Assembly: GCA_036960805.1 (NCBI GenBank) | Contig: JBALXL010000002.1 | Span: 75,052-139,051, forward strand | Source: Pseudomonadales bacterium | Lineage (GTDB): Bacteria > Pseudomonadota > Gammaproteobacteria > Pseudomonadales > IMCC2047 | Direction: 5' to 3' | Length of the DNA: 64,000 nucleotides | Part shown: in pieces, positions 46,729 to 57,946 of the stretch | Numbering within the stretch: the stretch's first letter is position 1 | Layout of the letters: each line of letters begins with the position of its first letter | Translations under genes and position numbers: made by a program | Notes under the pieces: model-generated | What the model was told of the DNA's origin: nothing | The model's database searches: none | Seen by the model: the letters and a program-made list of their open reading frames with translations, nothing else

Positions 46729-47567
46729 AGCGGCTTTGTCAGCCGTAAGTAATAAACATCATAACTGGCAGGCAGAGAGCCATCGACGTCACGAAAGACT
46801 TCATAGCCAGCTTTTAATTTTTCAATACGCTGCCGCCCAGTCAACCCTTTGGGCCGACCACGGTTTACATTGTGCGCGCCCAGGGCTTTAAGTTCAGCAG
46901 TGAGTTGTCGTAATTCGGGATAACGCATAACGATATCCTGCTGCCAGAACTCACACTCGAATCCCGCGTTTAGTGCAGCATCTTTCACTGCATCCGAATC
47001 GAGAAAACGATTTACATGTACATAGCCATCAACCTGCTGCCAGGCGCTACGCAATTCATGCAACGTGTCAGGGCCGAGAGTTGCCAGTACACAGGTGCCG
47101 CCAGGTTTTAACACACGTATCACATCGTTACACATCTGCTGAAAATCCGCGCACCACTGCACCGCCAAACTGGAAAACACCAGATCAACGCAATTATCTT
47201 GTAACGGTAGATTTTCCGCATCGGCGCAACACCATTGCAGTGGGGATTGAGGAAACTGACCTCGCGCATAAGCGAGCATGCCTTCGGCAATATCCAATCC
47301 AAACACGGTGCTTGTTGAAAAACGTTGTACCAACTGAGCGCTGACAACGCCTGTACCACAGCCCAAATCAACGATATTAGCAAAGGCTTGATCCGGGATT
47401 TTGGTGAGCAGGTTTTCAGCCACACTGCGCTGCAATGCCGCCACCTGATCATAGGTCGAGGCAGCCAGACTAAAAGAGCGCGCCACATCCTCTTTATTTA
47501 CCTGAAGTTTCGCTGCGGGTAAATTTTCATCATCAAGCAACGGCTTCACCTCAAGGCACTCATTCAT
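46725..47567 (-). CDS. bioC: Malonyl-ACP O-methyltransferase
   Basis: 280 aa. SAM motif IVDLGCGTG. Sits between bioH and bioD with 4-nt overlaps. Confidence 0.85.
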   Translation of the reverse strand: MNECLEVKPLLDDENLPAAKLQVNKEDVARSFSLAASTYDQVAALQRSVAENLLTKIPDQAFANIVDLGCGTGVVSAQLVQRFSTSTVFGLDIAEGMLAYARGQFPQSPLQWCCADAENLPLQDNCVDLVFSSLAVQWCADFQQMCNDVIRVLKPGGTCVLATLGPDTLHELRSAWQQVDGYVHVNRFLDSDAVKDAALNAGFECEFWQQDIVMRYPELRQLTAELKALGAHNVNRGRPKGLTGRQRIEKLKAGYEVFRDVDGSLPASYDVYYLRLTKPL

Positions 47568-48358
47568 CGTCTTGCCTCCACTGCCAAAAGGGCATCAATC
47601 ACAGTCTTCGGGTGCGATAGCAGCGGCGCATGCCCTGCGCCCGTAATCACTCGAACATCTGCAAAGGCATTCAAATTGTCGATAGCATTCGCAACAGGCG
47701 CAGGCACCAACGCATCATGCTCGCCTAACAAATGACATTGCGGCAATTTAAGCTCCGCGATATCGAGGCGAGTATCCAGACTATTCAATAAATTCAGACT
47801 CATTTGCAGTGTTGATTGCGAAGGCCGTTCAGCCTCAGAAATAACTGCTTTTAACAATCGAAGATCAATGCGAGCCGACTCAGAGCCCTGACAAACCAGC
47901 GCCAGAAATCGCATCAGTGTAACTTTTGCATTGTCATTCAACGCCGCGGAAAACTGTTCATATTCAGCACTAGGCATCGCCATCGGCCAATCGGCCTTTT
48001 CAACAAAAACAGGGTTGCTGGCAATGGTTACTAGCCCTTTTACTTGCTCTGGAGCAACACGGGCAAAGCGCGTCGCCAACATGCCGCCTAATGACCAACC
48101 GCACCAAATTGCCGGAGGCAGAGCCATAAAAAAATTCAGTAGTGCATCCAGTTGCCAATCAGCATCGCTCGATTCACTCGTCGACGCATCATCACCGCCG
48201 TAGCCAGGCAAGTCGACAAGGTGCACATAAAAGTGTGCTTGCAGCTCAGACATCAACGCCCTCCAAACACCGGCATGATGTCCCCAGCCATGCACTAATA
48301 CCAATGCCGGCAGAGCTGGATCACCAACAGTGGTTATTCTCACTCCACGGGTCATCAT
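47564..48358 (-). CDS. bioH: Pimeloyl-ACP methyl ester carboxylesterase
   Basis: 264 aa alpha/beta hydrolase. LVLVHGWG, nucleophile elbow GWSLGG, C-terminal GAGHAP. Confidence 0.8.
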   Translation of the reverse strand: MMTRGVRITTVGDPALPALVLVHGWGHHAGVWRALMSELQAHFYVHLVDLPGYGGDDASTSESSDADWQLDALLNFFMALPPAIWCGWSLGGMLATRFARVAPEQVKGLVTIASNPVFVEKADWPMAMPSAEYEQFSAALNDNAKVTLMRFLALVCQGSESARIDLRLLKAVISEAERPSQSTLQMSLNLLNSLDTRLDIAELKLPQCHLLGEHDALVPAPVANAIDNLNAFADVRVITGAGHAPLLSHPKTVIDALLAVEARR

Positions 48359-49530
48359 GAAACACTAGCCTTAAAATAAACATCGGCCAGCGCAGCTAAC
48401 AATCGCTCGACCTGCTGCTCACTATGTGACGCGCTCAGGGTGACTCGCAAACGAGCCGTACCGACAGGAACAGTCGGCGGACGAATAGCGGTCACCAAAA
48501 TACCCTGTGCTTTAAGCGCCTGACTCATTTGTATTGCCAACTCTGATTCGCCCACCATAATGGGCTGAATCGGTGTCTGCGATGGCATTAGCTGCAAGCC
48601 CAGCTGTTCTGCGCCCGTTCTGAATTGATTAATACGTGTCGTTAGTTTATCTCGACGCCAATCGTCAGTTTGTACTAGCTTGAGACTGGTCAGAGACGCT
48701 GCAGCTATCGCTGGAGGCATGGCGGTGGTGTAAATATAGCTACGTGCTTGCTGAATCAAGGTTTCAATTAGTTCTTCAGAACCAGCCACAAAGGCGCCCG
48801 ACGTACCAAAACCTTTACCCAGAGTACCCATCAGAACCGGCACCTGTTGTTGATCAAGCTGGAACAAATCCAACGAACCACGTCCGCCTTTACCCAGACA
48901 GCCCACACCATGAGCATCATCCACCATCATCCAGGCATTGTTTTGTTGTGTTATTTCGGCCAATTCAGCTAATGGTGCAATATCCCCGTCCATGCTAAAC
49001 ACGCCATCACTGACTACCAGTTTGCGATTGGCATCTGTGTTGGCTAGGCGCTGACTTAAATCGCTACTATCGGCATGTCGAAAACGTTGAAAACGGGCTC
49101 CACTTAATAGCCCTGCATCGAGTAGAGAGGCGTGATTAAGACGATCTTGAAATACCGCATCGCCGCGCTTTAATAACGCGCTGATAACGCCGAGATTAGC
49201 CATATAGCCGGAGGAGAACAATAACGCTCGCGAACGGCCGGTAAATTCGGCCAGCGCGTCTTCAAGCGCATGATGCGCGGTACTGTGGCCATTAACGAGG
49301 TGTGACGCGCCACCACCAACACCGTAGACATTGGCTGCCGCCTGAAAGCTGGCGACTACTTCAGGATGGTTAGCCAACCCGAGATAGTCGTTGCTGCAAA
49401 AATTCAGGTAGGCCTCTCCATCCACGGTTACTTCAGCGCCTTGCGGGCCCTGAGTTATTAACCGTGAACGGTAGAGATGTTGCTGTTTACGCGCCGCAAG
49501 TTGCTCAGCCAGGTCATTAAAACCGCCCAT
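48355..49530 (-). CDS. bioF: 8-amino-7-oxononanoate synthase
   Basis: 391 aa PLP enzyme. [25 protein letters not shown] (PLP lysine). Confidence 0.9.
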   Translation of the reverse strand: MGGFNDLAEQLAARKQQHLYRSRLITQGPQGAEVTVDGEAYLNFCSNDYLGLANHPEVVASFQAAANVYGVGGGASHLVNGHSTAHHALEDALAEFTGRSRALLFSSGYMANLGVISALLKRGDAVFQDRLNHASLLDAGLLSGARFQRFRHADSSDLSQRLANTDANRKLVVSDGVFSMDGDIAPLAELAEITQQNNAWMMVDDAHGVGCLGKGGRGSLDLFQLDQQQVPVLMGTLGKGFGTSGAFVAGSEELIETLIQQARSYIYTTAMPPAIAAASLTSLKLVQTDDWRRDKLTTRINQFRTGAEQLGLQLMPSQTPIQPIMVGESELAIQMSQALKAQGILVTAIRPPTVPVGTARLRVTLSASHSEQQVERLLAALADVYFKASVS

Positions 49531-49545
49531 ACCGACTCTTCGCAG

Positions 49546-50652
49546 CTAAACTTTGGCTGTTTGAGCAGCTTCAACGAAATCAGTCGTTGCAGTGGCCTGA
49601 CTAGCATCGTAGAAAAAGGAATCTGTACGCTGTTGCTTAACCGCATCTAGTAATGCTGCTTGCTGCGCGTCATCACTATGTTCTTGATTACGCTGCTCAG
49701 GACGAATACCCAGTCTCTGAAATAATAATCGATCTGAGTCAGCTTCAGGGTTAGCTGTCGTCAGCAGTTTCTCACCATAGAAAATAGAGTTCGCGCCCGC
49801 AAGGAAGCACATTGACTGCATCTGCTCATTCATTGCTTCGCGGCCGGCCGACAGACGCACGTGTGATTCAGGCATCATGATACGTGCCACGGCAATGCTG
49901 CGAATAAAGTCGAAAGGATCAAGATCATCAACATGAGCCATTGGCGTACCTTCAACTTTCACCAACATGTTGATTGGTACACTTTCTGGATGATGCGGCA
50001 AATTCGCTAACTCGACCATCAAACCAGCACGATCACGCAGGCTTTCGCCCATGCCAACAATACCGCCACAGCAGACTTTCATGCCAGAATCACGCACGTT
50101 CTGTAACGTATCAAGACGGTTTTCGAAGGTACGGGTACTAATAATACCTTTGTAATATTCAGGTGAAGTGTCGAGATTATGATTGTAATAATCCAATCCA
50201 GCATCGGCCAGTTGTTGCGCTTGATCGCCATCCAGCATACCCAGCGTCATGCAGGTTTCCATGCCCAGCCCTCTAACTTGCTTGATCATGTCAACGACGT
50301 AAGGCATCTGTTTTACTGAAGGTGAGCGCCACGCTGCGCCCATGCAAAAACGACTAGCGCCTTTTTCACGCGCCACTTTGGCTTCTTCAATAACACGTTC
50401 AATTTCCATCAGCTTTTCTTTTTCAAGACCGGTGTTGTAATGGCCGCTCTGCGGGCAATACTTACAATCTTCAGGGCACGCGCCCGTTTTGATCGACAAC
50501 AACGTGCTGATCTGTACTTCATTAGCATCAAAGTTTTGACGATGTACCGTTTGCGCCTGAAACATCAAGTCATTGAAAGGCAGCTGAAACAGCGCGGTGA
50601 CCTCTTCTGGAGTCCAGTCGTGGCGTATGCCGGTAGATTGTTGATTGCTCAT
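49546..50652 (-). CDS. bioB: Biotin synthase
   Basis: 368 aa. Radical [14 protein letters not shown], plus the C-terminal cluster region. Confidence 0.95.
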   Translation of the reverse strand: MSNQQSTGIRHDWTPEEVTALFQLPFNDLMFQAQTVHRQNFDANEVQISTLLSIKTGACPEDCKYCPQSGHYNTGLEKEKLMEIERVIEEAKVAREKGASRFCMGAAWRSPSVKQMPYVVDMIKQVRGLGMETCMTLGMLDGDQAQQLADAGLDYYNHNLDTSPEYYKGIISTRTFENRLDTLQNVRDSGMKVCCGGIVGMGESLRDRAGLMVELANLPHHPESVPINMLVKVEGTPMAHVDDLDPFDFIRSIAVARIMMPESHVRLSAGREAMNEQMQSMCFLAGANSIFYGEKLLTTANPEADSDRLLFQRLGIRPEQRNQEHSDDAQQAALLDAVKQQRTDSFFYDASQATATTDFVEAAQTAKV

Positions 50653-50787
50653 TTGATGTTCCTTTTGCTACGGCTAATAGTATTGGAAATATCCGCTCTA
50701 CTCAGAGGTGAACAGTATTTCCACTTGCCCTATTCTTAATTAGAGGCGCACAATAATATCCACACCCTCAGCTGTCAACCTGCAAGG

Positions 50788-51516
50788 ATGCCCATGGTTA
50801 ACTACTGGTCAAATATCATACAGGCTTTATTGCCTGAAAAATGCCCTTTATGTCGCCTTAACAACGCGCTTGATCCACAAACGAGTCTCTGTAAAAGCTG
50901 CACTGAGTCCTTACCCTGGCTAAGAAATGCGTGCCCAAACTGTGCTTTACCTTTAAACACTCTCGCATCAGCGAGAAATATTTGTGGGCAATGCCAAAAT
51001 AACCCGCCGCCCTTCCAAGAATGCCATACGCTATTCCACTATCAGCCACCCATAAACCGATTAATTAGCCGCCTGAAATTTAACCAGCAATTATTATATG
51101 CCCGTGTTTTTGGCCAACTAATGGCACAACACATGCACCACCGCTACGCCAAGTCAGCACTACCGGATATGATCATTCCTGTACCGCTTCATAAACGCCG
51201 CCTTCGCGAACGTGGTTTTAATCAAGCGCAGGAGATTGCCCGCATCTGCGCCAAGCGGTTGTCACTACCTCTCAATAGCCAACAATGTCAGCGCGACAAA
51301 CACACCAGCCACCAGCTCGGGTTATCGGCCATTGAACGACATCGCAACATGAGGAAAGCCTTCAGCAGCAAAGTGTTCAAACCCAATATGCGTATTGCGC
51401 TAGTTGATGACGTCATGACCACCGGCACCACATTCCACGAGTTATCATCATGTTTAAGAAATGCTGGCTGCGAAGAAGTCCACCTCTGGTGTATTGCTCG
51501 AGCTCATCATGAATAG
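50788..51516 (+). CDS. comF: ComF family phosphoribosyltransferase-like protein
   Basis: 242 aa. N-terminal CxxC..CxxC zinc ribbon pairs. PRT motif IALVDDVMTTGTT. Divergent from bioB, as in Pseudomonas. Confidence 0.85.
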   Translation: MPMVNYWSNIIQALLPEKCPLCRLNNALDPQTSLCKSCTESLPWLRNACPNCALPLNTLASARNICGQCQNNPPPFQECHTLFHYQPPINRLISRLKFNQQLLYARVFGQLMAQHMHHRYAKSALPDMIIPVPLHKRRLRERGFNQAQEIARICAKRLSLPLNSQQCQRDKHTSHQLGLSAIERHRNMRKAFSSKVFKPNMRIALVDDVMTTGTTFHELSSCLRNAGCEEVHLWCIARAHHE

Positions 51517-51591
51517 CAAGGCAAGGCTGTAATTAAGCCTGTATCCGTGTTCTGAAACACTTCATAATACTCAAAAAACACTAAGGGTATA

Positions 51592-51981
51592 ATGACTATG
51601 AACCGCGAAAAGATTGCCTTCGCATTTTTTATTATGCTGGCTCTAACACTTAACTTCGGTTTCTTTTTGGGTGAAATCGATCGCCCTGACCACCACAGTG
51701 TTTACGAACTCTACGCAGCCATAGTCGTGAGTTTAATCGCCACTGTCATGAAGCTGGGTGACCGTACTCATGTTGGGGCGGTACTGCTGGCCACTAGCTT
51801 AGTTGCTGACCTTCAGCTGATCATCGCCGCGATCATCTGGGGAGTAATGACGCATGCCTCCGATAGCGGCATGACAACATACGCCATGGCGAGCATTGTC
51901 TCTCTTTCTGCTGGCGCACTACTGGCAAATATTACCTCGGTAGTATTGTTGATTGTTGAAACCATGACGGTACGGCATTAA
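51592..51981 (+). CDS. Small four-TM membrane protein
   Basis: 129 aa, four hydrophobic segments. Ends 12 nt before the channel gene. Confidence 0.6.
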   Translation: MTMNREKIAFAFFIMLALTLNFGFFLGEIDRPDHHSVYELYAAIVVSLIATVMKLGDRTHVGAVLLATSLVADLQLIIAAIIWGVMTHASDSGMTTYAMASIVSLSAGALLANITSVVLLIVETMTVRH

Positions 51982-51993
51982 CAGGCCCTAACT

Positions 51994-53709
51994 ATGCAGC
52001 ATGTTCTTTATCTGCTTTTAAAGCGCCTGCGGGCGCCCATCATTACCATTATCAGTGTCTACGCCATCTCGATCCTTGGCTTTGTTGTTATCCCGGGGCA
52101 AGATCATCAAGGCAACATCTGGCATATGGATTTTTTCCATGCCTTTTATTTTGTGAGCTTTATGGGCTCAACTATTGGCTTTGGAGAGATCCCCTACCCC
52201 TTTACCGTAGCGCAGCGAGTGTGGGCCACACTGTCCATTTACGGCACCGTAATCTCATGGCTGTACAGCATGGGTACAATTTTTTCTTTATTTCAAGATC
52301 AAAACTACCAACGCCTGACCCGGCGCACGCGTTTCATCAAACAGGTCAAACGCATCACGGAACCCTACTACCTGATTTGTGGCTTTGGCTCCACCGGCAG
52401 CCGTGTTGCCCAGCAATTAGACAACCACAATATCCCATCGGTTATTATCGAATCAAAACTGAACGTCATTAATGAGCTTGAAACTGACACACTCGGGCTC
52501 AAGTTACCCAGTTTATGCGCCAACGCCAGCGACCCAGGGGTACTTAAAATTGCCGGCATTGAAAACGATCTCTGTGTAGGCGTGTTGGCACTCACCATTG
52601 ACGACCAAGCCAATCTGGCAATTGCCATTAACAGTAAACTGGTTAAACCCGATCGATTGGTAATTAGCGGCACTCAATCCAAGGCCACTAGCGGTAATTT
52701 AGCCTCCTTTGGCACCGACATGATTCTCGATCCCTTTGAGATTTTTGCCGATCACCTGATGCTGATGCTAAAGCAGCCTTACAAACACCTGATCTACGAC
52801 ATATTGGTTAACCCCAATCACAATGTATGGGCATCGCCTTATCAGGATACTCGTGGCAGCTGGGTGATTTGTGGCTACGGCCGTTTTGGCCGTGCACTTG
52901 AAGAGCAGTTCAAAGCCCACAATATTGCCCACACCTTTATTTCAACTGATCCAAAGGGCTATAACGCCCCTTTCGGCACGATAGAGGGGACGGGTACCGA
53001 AGCTCCAACACTCCAAGAAGCCGGTATCGAAAGCGCCCTTGGCGTTATCGCTGGCACCGACAATGACGCCGATAACCTATCCATCATCATCACCGCACGT
53101 AATCTTAATCCTGATTTGATCACCGTCGCCCGACAAAACGTTCGCACCAACAAACCAGTATTCAAGGCAGCTGCGGTTAATTTAATCATGGAGCCAGGCC
53201 GTATTGTTGCCAATGAAATCTATATGCGTGTCCGCACGCCACTGCTCACCGAATGCTTCGCTTTAATTCGTCAGCAGGATGAAGCATCTAGCCGCACATT
53301 ATTACGGGTAATAGCCAACACCATGGACGTCGAGGAACTCGACGCCTGGACGCTAACAATTGACGAAGAACACAGCCCGGCCATAACCGAAGCAATCAAT
53401 GAAGGCAAAACAGTAGCTCTAAGATCACTGGACAAAGACCCGCGCGATAGAGACCAACCGCTCCCTACCGTTGCGTTGATGTTGAAAAGAGATGATGAAT
53501 ACCGACTTGCACCGCCGCCTGAAACGGCATTACACAAAGGCGATCAAATTTTATTTTGCGGTCAGCACATCGCGCAAACCTATATGGGTTGGATTATGCG
53601 CGACCATAATACCCTGCGCTATATCCAAACCGGCAAGGTTGGCCCCGATGGCTTGCTATGGCGTTGGCTGAAAGAGCGCCACCAAAGGAAAGTGGCGCGT
53701 AAAAATTAA
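51994..53709 (+). CDS. Potassium channel-like protein with tandem RCK/TrkA-N domains
   Basis: 571 aa. Pore region FMGSTIGFGEIP (TxGxG-type filter), then two Rossmann-like GxGxxG segments (ICGFGSTGSR, ICGYGRFGRA). Confidence 0.7.
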   Translation: MQHVLYLLLKRLRAPIITIISVYAISILGFVVIPGQDHQGNIWHMDFFHAFYFVSFMGSTIGFGEIPYPFTVAQRVWATLSIYGTVISWLYSMGTIFSLFQDQNYQRLTRRTRFIKQVKRITEPYYLICGFGSTGSRVAQQLDNHNIPSVIIESKLNVINELETDTLGLKLPSLCANASDPGVLKIAGIENDLCVGVLALTIDDQANLAIAINSKLVKPDRLVISGTQSKATSGNLASFGTDMILDPFEIFADHLMLMLKQPYKHLIYDILVNPNHNVWASPYQDTRGSWVICGYGRFGRALEEQFKAHNIAHTFISTDPKGYNAPFGTIEGTGTEAPTLQEAGIESALGVIAGTDNDADNLSIIITARNLNPDLITVARQNVRTNKPVFKAAAVNLIMEPGRIVANEIYMRVRTPLLTECFALIRQQDEASSRTLLRVIANTMDVEELDAWTLTIDEEHSPAITEAINEGKTVALRSLDKDPRDRDQPLPTVALMLKRDDEYRLAPPPETALHKGDQILFCGQHIAQTYMGWIMRDHNTLRYIQTGKVGPDGLLWRWLKERHQRKVARKN

Positions 53710-53741
53710 GCGCGGGTCTAAAAAACCTAACCTGCGGCGAC

Positions 53742-54593
53742 CTAATAAACCGCAGAAGAAATAACACCCAGCATATTCCACGCTTCTTCCTGCGCATAGG
53801 CAATCGATACATCCAAGTCTGTTGTTTGCAGACCGGTCAGATCCCAGGATTGCTCATCAATCAATTCCAGGTACTGAGGACCCTCATCAGGACAAATCTC
53901 TTGCTCCATAGCACTGGCTGCACGACTGGCGATATTCAACAGCCCAGTACAGACCTCATCATCGCCAGCGAGACCTGGCGTATGTTGAAATCGAACTGTT
54001 TCAACCAAACTGGCAGGCAATTCCCAAACGGATAACAGTTCTGCTCCGCATTCGGCAAAGGTAAAACCGAGCACGTCATACTGTTTTTGCCATGCGTTCT
54101 CATCTGGCTCAAGCAGCAACGCCTGCAAAGACTGCTCGGGCATTTCTGTTAGCGCAATTAGCTTGCCAACGTTATGCAGTAAACCAATCACAAATAAACG
54201 TTCAATATCAGGCTGCTTGCAGGCACCGGCTAAAGAGCGCGCGATCAATGCCGTGTCCACGTTATGGCGCCAGAAGCTATCCATATCAATAACGTCCGCT
54301 GGCACGCCAGAAAACGAGCCTGCCACGGAAGTAGCCAGCACAAGATTCATCAACTGATCTGTGCCGATTAAATTAATTGCTCGGGAAATAGTGCCAATTT
54401 CGGCTGGAAAGCTGTAAAAAGAACTATTGGCAATTTTAAGTAATCTTGCCGTCAACGCCGCATCAGTACTGATCAATTCAGCAATATCATCAATACTTGT
54501 TTCTGGCTTTCTAATCAGCTGTTGAAGCTTCATGTACACGTCAGGGAGGGTAAAAAGAGCGCTGGATTTTTGAGCCAATTCAACGGCGTTCAT
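53742..54593 (-). CDS. HDOD domain signalling protein
   Basis: 283 aa. LFTLPDVYMKLQQLI, ISTDAALTARLLKIANSSFY and GLLHNVGKL are typical of HDOD. Confidence 0.75.
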   Translation of the reverse strand: MNAVELAQKSSALFTLPDVYMKLQQLIRKPETSIDDIAELISTDAALTARLLKIANSSFYSFPAEIGTISRAINLIGTDQLMNLVLATSVAGSFSGVPADVIDMDSFWRHNVDTALIARSLAGACKQPDIERLFVIGLLHNVGKLIALTEMPEQSLQALLLEPDENAWQKQYDVLGFTFAECGAELLSVWELPASLVETVRFQHTPGLAGDDEVCTGLLNIASRAASAMEQEICPDEGPQYLELIDEQSWDLTGLQTTDLDVSIAYAQEEAWNMLGVISSAVY

Positions 54594-54714
54594 AACATCG
54601 TCCTTATCTATAACACATCAAATAAATTACAAAAAAGATCATCCAAGAGGAATGCTTTTTAGTATAGACAAGACCGAAAAATTTGCTTGAATTCAGGCAA
54701 TCAAGATTGATTAC

Positions 54715-55791
54715 TTAATCGCTGTAAAGGCGCGGCACACGTTTTGAAATACCCGTTAGCAACTCATAAGCAATGGTACCAGCAAGCTCGGCGATTTCCT
54801 CAACAGCCAGCCCATCACCCCACAGCGTCACTTCATCGCCCACCTGGACATCATCTAATCCAGTGAGATCAACGGTAATCATATCCATGGTGACACGCCC
54901 GACCAAAGAGGCACGCTGGCCCTTCACCAACACCGGCGCACCATTAGGCAAACAGCGAGGATAACCATCAGCATAGCCAATAGAAGCCACTCCAATGCGA
55001 CAATCTTGTTCTGCGACCCAGCTACCGCCATAACCCACGGCTTCACCAGCCTTGAGCTTACGAGTGGAAATAATGACCGACTTAAGTGTCATCACAGGCT
55101 GTAGATCACGATGATTCTCGCGCCAATCAGCAAAGGGACACACTCCGTAGAGCATAATACCCGGTCGCACCCAATCACGTAGCGTGGAAGGCCATCCCAT
55201 AATAGCCGCCGAATTGGCCAAACTACGCTTCGCCTCAAGAGCGCCTGTTATTTGATCAAACAGTGCCTCCTGCTCGGCCGTGACGGAGTTTTGCGGATCA
55301 TCGGCACAGGAAAAATGCGTCATCAGCCGAACTTCAGCAACATTTTTATGCGCACTTAATCGCTGAAACCAACTCACGTATTCATCAGACGAAAACCCAA
55401 GTCGATGCATACCACTATCAAACTTCAACCAAATGCGTAACGGACGGCTACATTGCGCAGCTTCCAGCATATTTGCTTGTTCGGCATGCAGGATAACCAA
55501 ATCAAGCTGATGTTCGCAGGCTAGCTCAATTTCCTGTTGATCAAAGACGCCTTGCAACAACGTTATCGGTTTCGTGATACCTGCACGTCTTAATGCCAAT
55601 GCCTCATCAATAAAAGCAACGGCAATGGCATCGGCTTCCGATAATGCGGCGGATACCTGCAAAGAGCCATGCCCATAGGCATCAGCTTTAAGCATGACCA
55701 TGATTTTTTGTTGCGGGGCAAACTGGCGGGCAAGTTTAAAGTTATGCCGTAGCGCATCCAGATTAATATGCGCGAAGGTTGGCCTGGTCAC
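54715..55791 (-). CDS. alr: Alanine racemase
   Basis: 358 aa. VMLKADAYGHG (PLP lysine). Overlaps the dnaB stop by 4 nt, the conserved dnaB-alr pair. Confidence 0.9.
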   Translation of the reverse strand: MTRPTFAHINLDALRHNFKLARQFAPQQKIMVMLKADAYGHGSLQVSAALSEADAIAVAFIDEALALRRAGITKPITLLQGVFDQQEIELACEHQLDLVILHAEQANMLEAAQCSRPLRIWLKFDSGMHRLGFSSDEYVSWFQRLSAHKNVAEVRLMTHFSCADDPQNSVTAEQEALFDQITGALEAKRSLANSAAIMGWPSTLRDWVRPGIMLYGVCPFADWRENHRDLQPVMTLKSVIISTRKLKAGEAVGYGGSWVAEQDCRIGVASIGYADGYPRCLPNGAPVLVKGQRASLVGRVTMDMITVDLTGLDDVQVGDEVTLWGDGLAVEEIAELAGTIAYELLTGISKRVPRLYSD

Positions 55792-57164
55792 TCAAAGTCC
55801 TCGTAACTACCATGAGCAAGATCTTCAAATTTGGTGTATTTACCAATAAAGGCCAAACGGCGCTTACCAATCGGACCATTACGCTGCTTGCCGATAATGA
55901 TTTCAGCGACACCTTTATCAGGGCTTTCATCGTTATAGACTTCGTCACGATAAATAAAGGCGATCACATCGGCATCCTGCTCAATCGCACCTGATTCACG
56001 CAAATCCGACATCACCGGGCGCTTATCGGTACGCTGCTCAAGACTACGGTTAAGCTGTGATAGGGCAACAACCGGCACTTTCAACTCTTTTGCCAGCGCT
56101 TTTAAGGAGCGTGATATTTCCGAAATCTCAGCGGTACGGTTTTCCGCCGAACCCTTCACCTGCATCAACTGTAGATAATCGATCATGATCAAACCCAGCT
56201 GCCCATGCTCACGCGCAATACGCCGCGCACGTGAGCGTACTTCGGTCGGTGATAACGAGGCGCCGTCATCAATAAATAACGGCCGATCCTTCAGCAGACT
56301 CACTGCGGAGGTCAGGCGTGGCCAATCATCATCGTCCAGCTGACCAGTACGCATTTTTGTTGCGTCGATACGCCCCAGCGAAGACAGCATCCGCATCACC
56401 AGTCCATCAGCCGGCATTTCCATACTGAATACAACAACCGGTTTATCGCCGGATATCACTGCGTGTTCAACGAGGTTCATGGCAAAGGTGGTTTTACCCA
56501 TCGACGGGCGACCAGCAACAATAATTAAATCTGAAGGCTGCAAGCCCGCGGTCATGGCATCAATATCGGCAAAACCAGTACTCAGACCGGTAATTGCGTT
56601 ATCGGACTGATACAACTCATCAATTTTTTCAATGGCCTGGGTGATCAACGGGTTAACCGATTGAGGCCCGCCAGTACTAGGACGCGTTTCAGCAATATTG
56701 AATACTTTACGCTCCGCTTCATCAAGAATATCGCTACTGCTCATGCCGCCCGTATCAAAGGCATCATCGGCGATTTCGTGAGCTACAGCGACCAATTGCC
56801 GCAATACCGAGCGCTCACGGATAATATCGGCATAGGCACGTATATTGGAGGCGCTAGGGGTATTTTTCGCTAGCTCGCCTAAATAGGCCAAGCCGCCGAC
56901 CGCTTCAAGATCACCGATTTTATCCAGCGATTCAGACAGGGTAATCACATCCAGAGGCTGGTTTTTCTCAATAATCCCCCCCATAGCGCGGAAAATTAAT
57001 TGATGTTCATGACGATAAAAATCGCCATCCACCACTTCTTCAGAGACCTTATCCCACGCCTCATTATCCAGCATGAGTCCGCCTAGCACGGCTTGTTCAG
57101 CTTCTAACGACTGGGGCGGCACCTTTACGGAGGATGTTTGCCTATCAATATCTGTGTACTGCAT
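55788..57164 (-). CDS. dnaB: Replicative DNA helicase
   Basis: 458 aa. PPQSLEAEQAVLGG, Walker A GRPSMGKT, IMIDYLQLM. Confidence 0.97.
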   Translation of the reverse strand: MQYTDIDRQTSSVKVPPQSLEAEQAVLGGLMLDNEAWDKVSEEVVDGDFYRHEHQLIFRAMGGIIEKNQPLDVITLSESLDKIGDLEAVGGLAYLGELAKNTPSASNIRAYADIIRERSVLRQLVAVAHEIADDAFDTGGMSSSDILDEAERKVFNIAETRPSTGGPQSVNPLITQAIEKIDELYQSDNAITGLSTGFADIDAMTAGLQPSDLIIVAGRPSMGKTTFAMNLVEHAVISGDKPVVVFSMEMPADGLVMRMLSSLGRIDATKMRTGQLDDDDWPRLTSAVSLLKDRPLFIDDGASLSPTEVRSRARRIAREHGQLGLIMIDYLQLMQVKGSAENRTAEISEISRSLKALAKELKVPVVALSQLNRSLEQRTDKRPVMSDLRESGAIEQDADVIAFIYRDEVYNDESPDKGVAEIIIGKQRNGPIGKRRLAFIGKYTKFEDLAHGSYEDFE

Positions 57165-57420
57165 CTGTATTCCGATTTGTAGAGACGAAAAAAAACACCA
57201 TGCCCCAACTTTCTATGAAGGCACATGGTGTCTATTTTTACGTCCTATATCAACCCCGTGAATGCAGTTTGCACTCTCGAAGCGGGGACGAAAAGCCAAT
57301 AATTTAGCCCGTCAGCAGTACTGCCTTACACTAAATAGACCTGATACTAAGTTAAAAACTTAACCCCAGAGGCCATCAGTGCAGTCAACGTACTGCCGCC
57401 GTTAAATCAAAGCTTCTTAC

Positions 57421-57876
57421 TTATTCGCTTTCAGCAGCAACAATAACTTTTACAGAAACTGTTACATCGCTGTGCAGCTGTACATCAACATCGAATTCAC
57501 CAGTGTGACGCAATGCGCCTTCTGGAAGACGAACTTCGCTTTTGTCGATGTCAGAGCCAGCAGCAGCATTCACTGCATCTGTAATTTCACGTGTACCAAC
57601 AGAACCGAACAGTTTGCCGTCTTCGCCAGCATTAGCAGCGATAGTCACTTCAACACCTTCGATTTTAGCAGCACGTGCATCAGCAGCGCCTTTCTCTACA
57701 GCAGCAGCTTTTTCAAGCTCAGCACGACGGATTTCAAAATCAGCCAGATTTGCAGCAGTTGCAGGAACAGCTTTACCAAAAGGGAACAAAAAATTGCGGC
57801 CGTAACCAGGCTTCACATTGACTTTGTCACCCAATTTGCCCAGTTTACCAACTCGTTCTAACAGAATAACTTCCAT
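57421..57876 (-). CDS. rplI: 50S ribosomal protein L9
   Basis: 151 aa. [30 protein letters not shown]. Confidence 0.95.
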   Translation of the reverse strand: MEVILLERVGKLGKLGDKVNVKPGYGRNFLFPFGKAVPATAANLADFEIRRAELEKAAAVEKGAADARAAKIEGVEVTIAANAGEDGKLFGSVGTREITDAVNAAAGSDIDKSEVRLPEGALRHTGEFDVDVQLHSDVTVSVKVIVAAESE

Positions 57877-57946
57877 CTTTATGTCCTCTATAAAATCTTT
57901 TTGTTATTCGTATCAAATGGCCATTAGGCCCGACACGAATCAAAAA

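Noticed and set aside
50653-50787. Possible BirA operator between bioB and comF (ggtgaaca ... tgtcaacc)
   Set aside because: The two half-site-like octamers are ~60 bp apart and in the wrong relative order for a TGTAAACC-N-GGTTTACA type dyad. I found no convincing palindrome.
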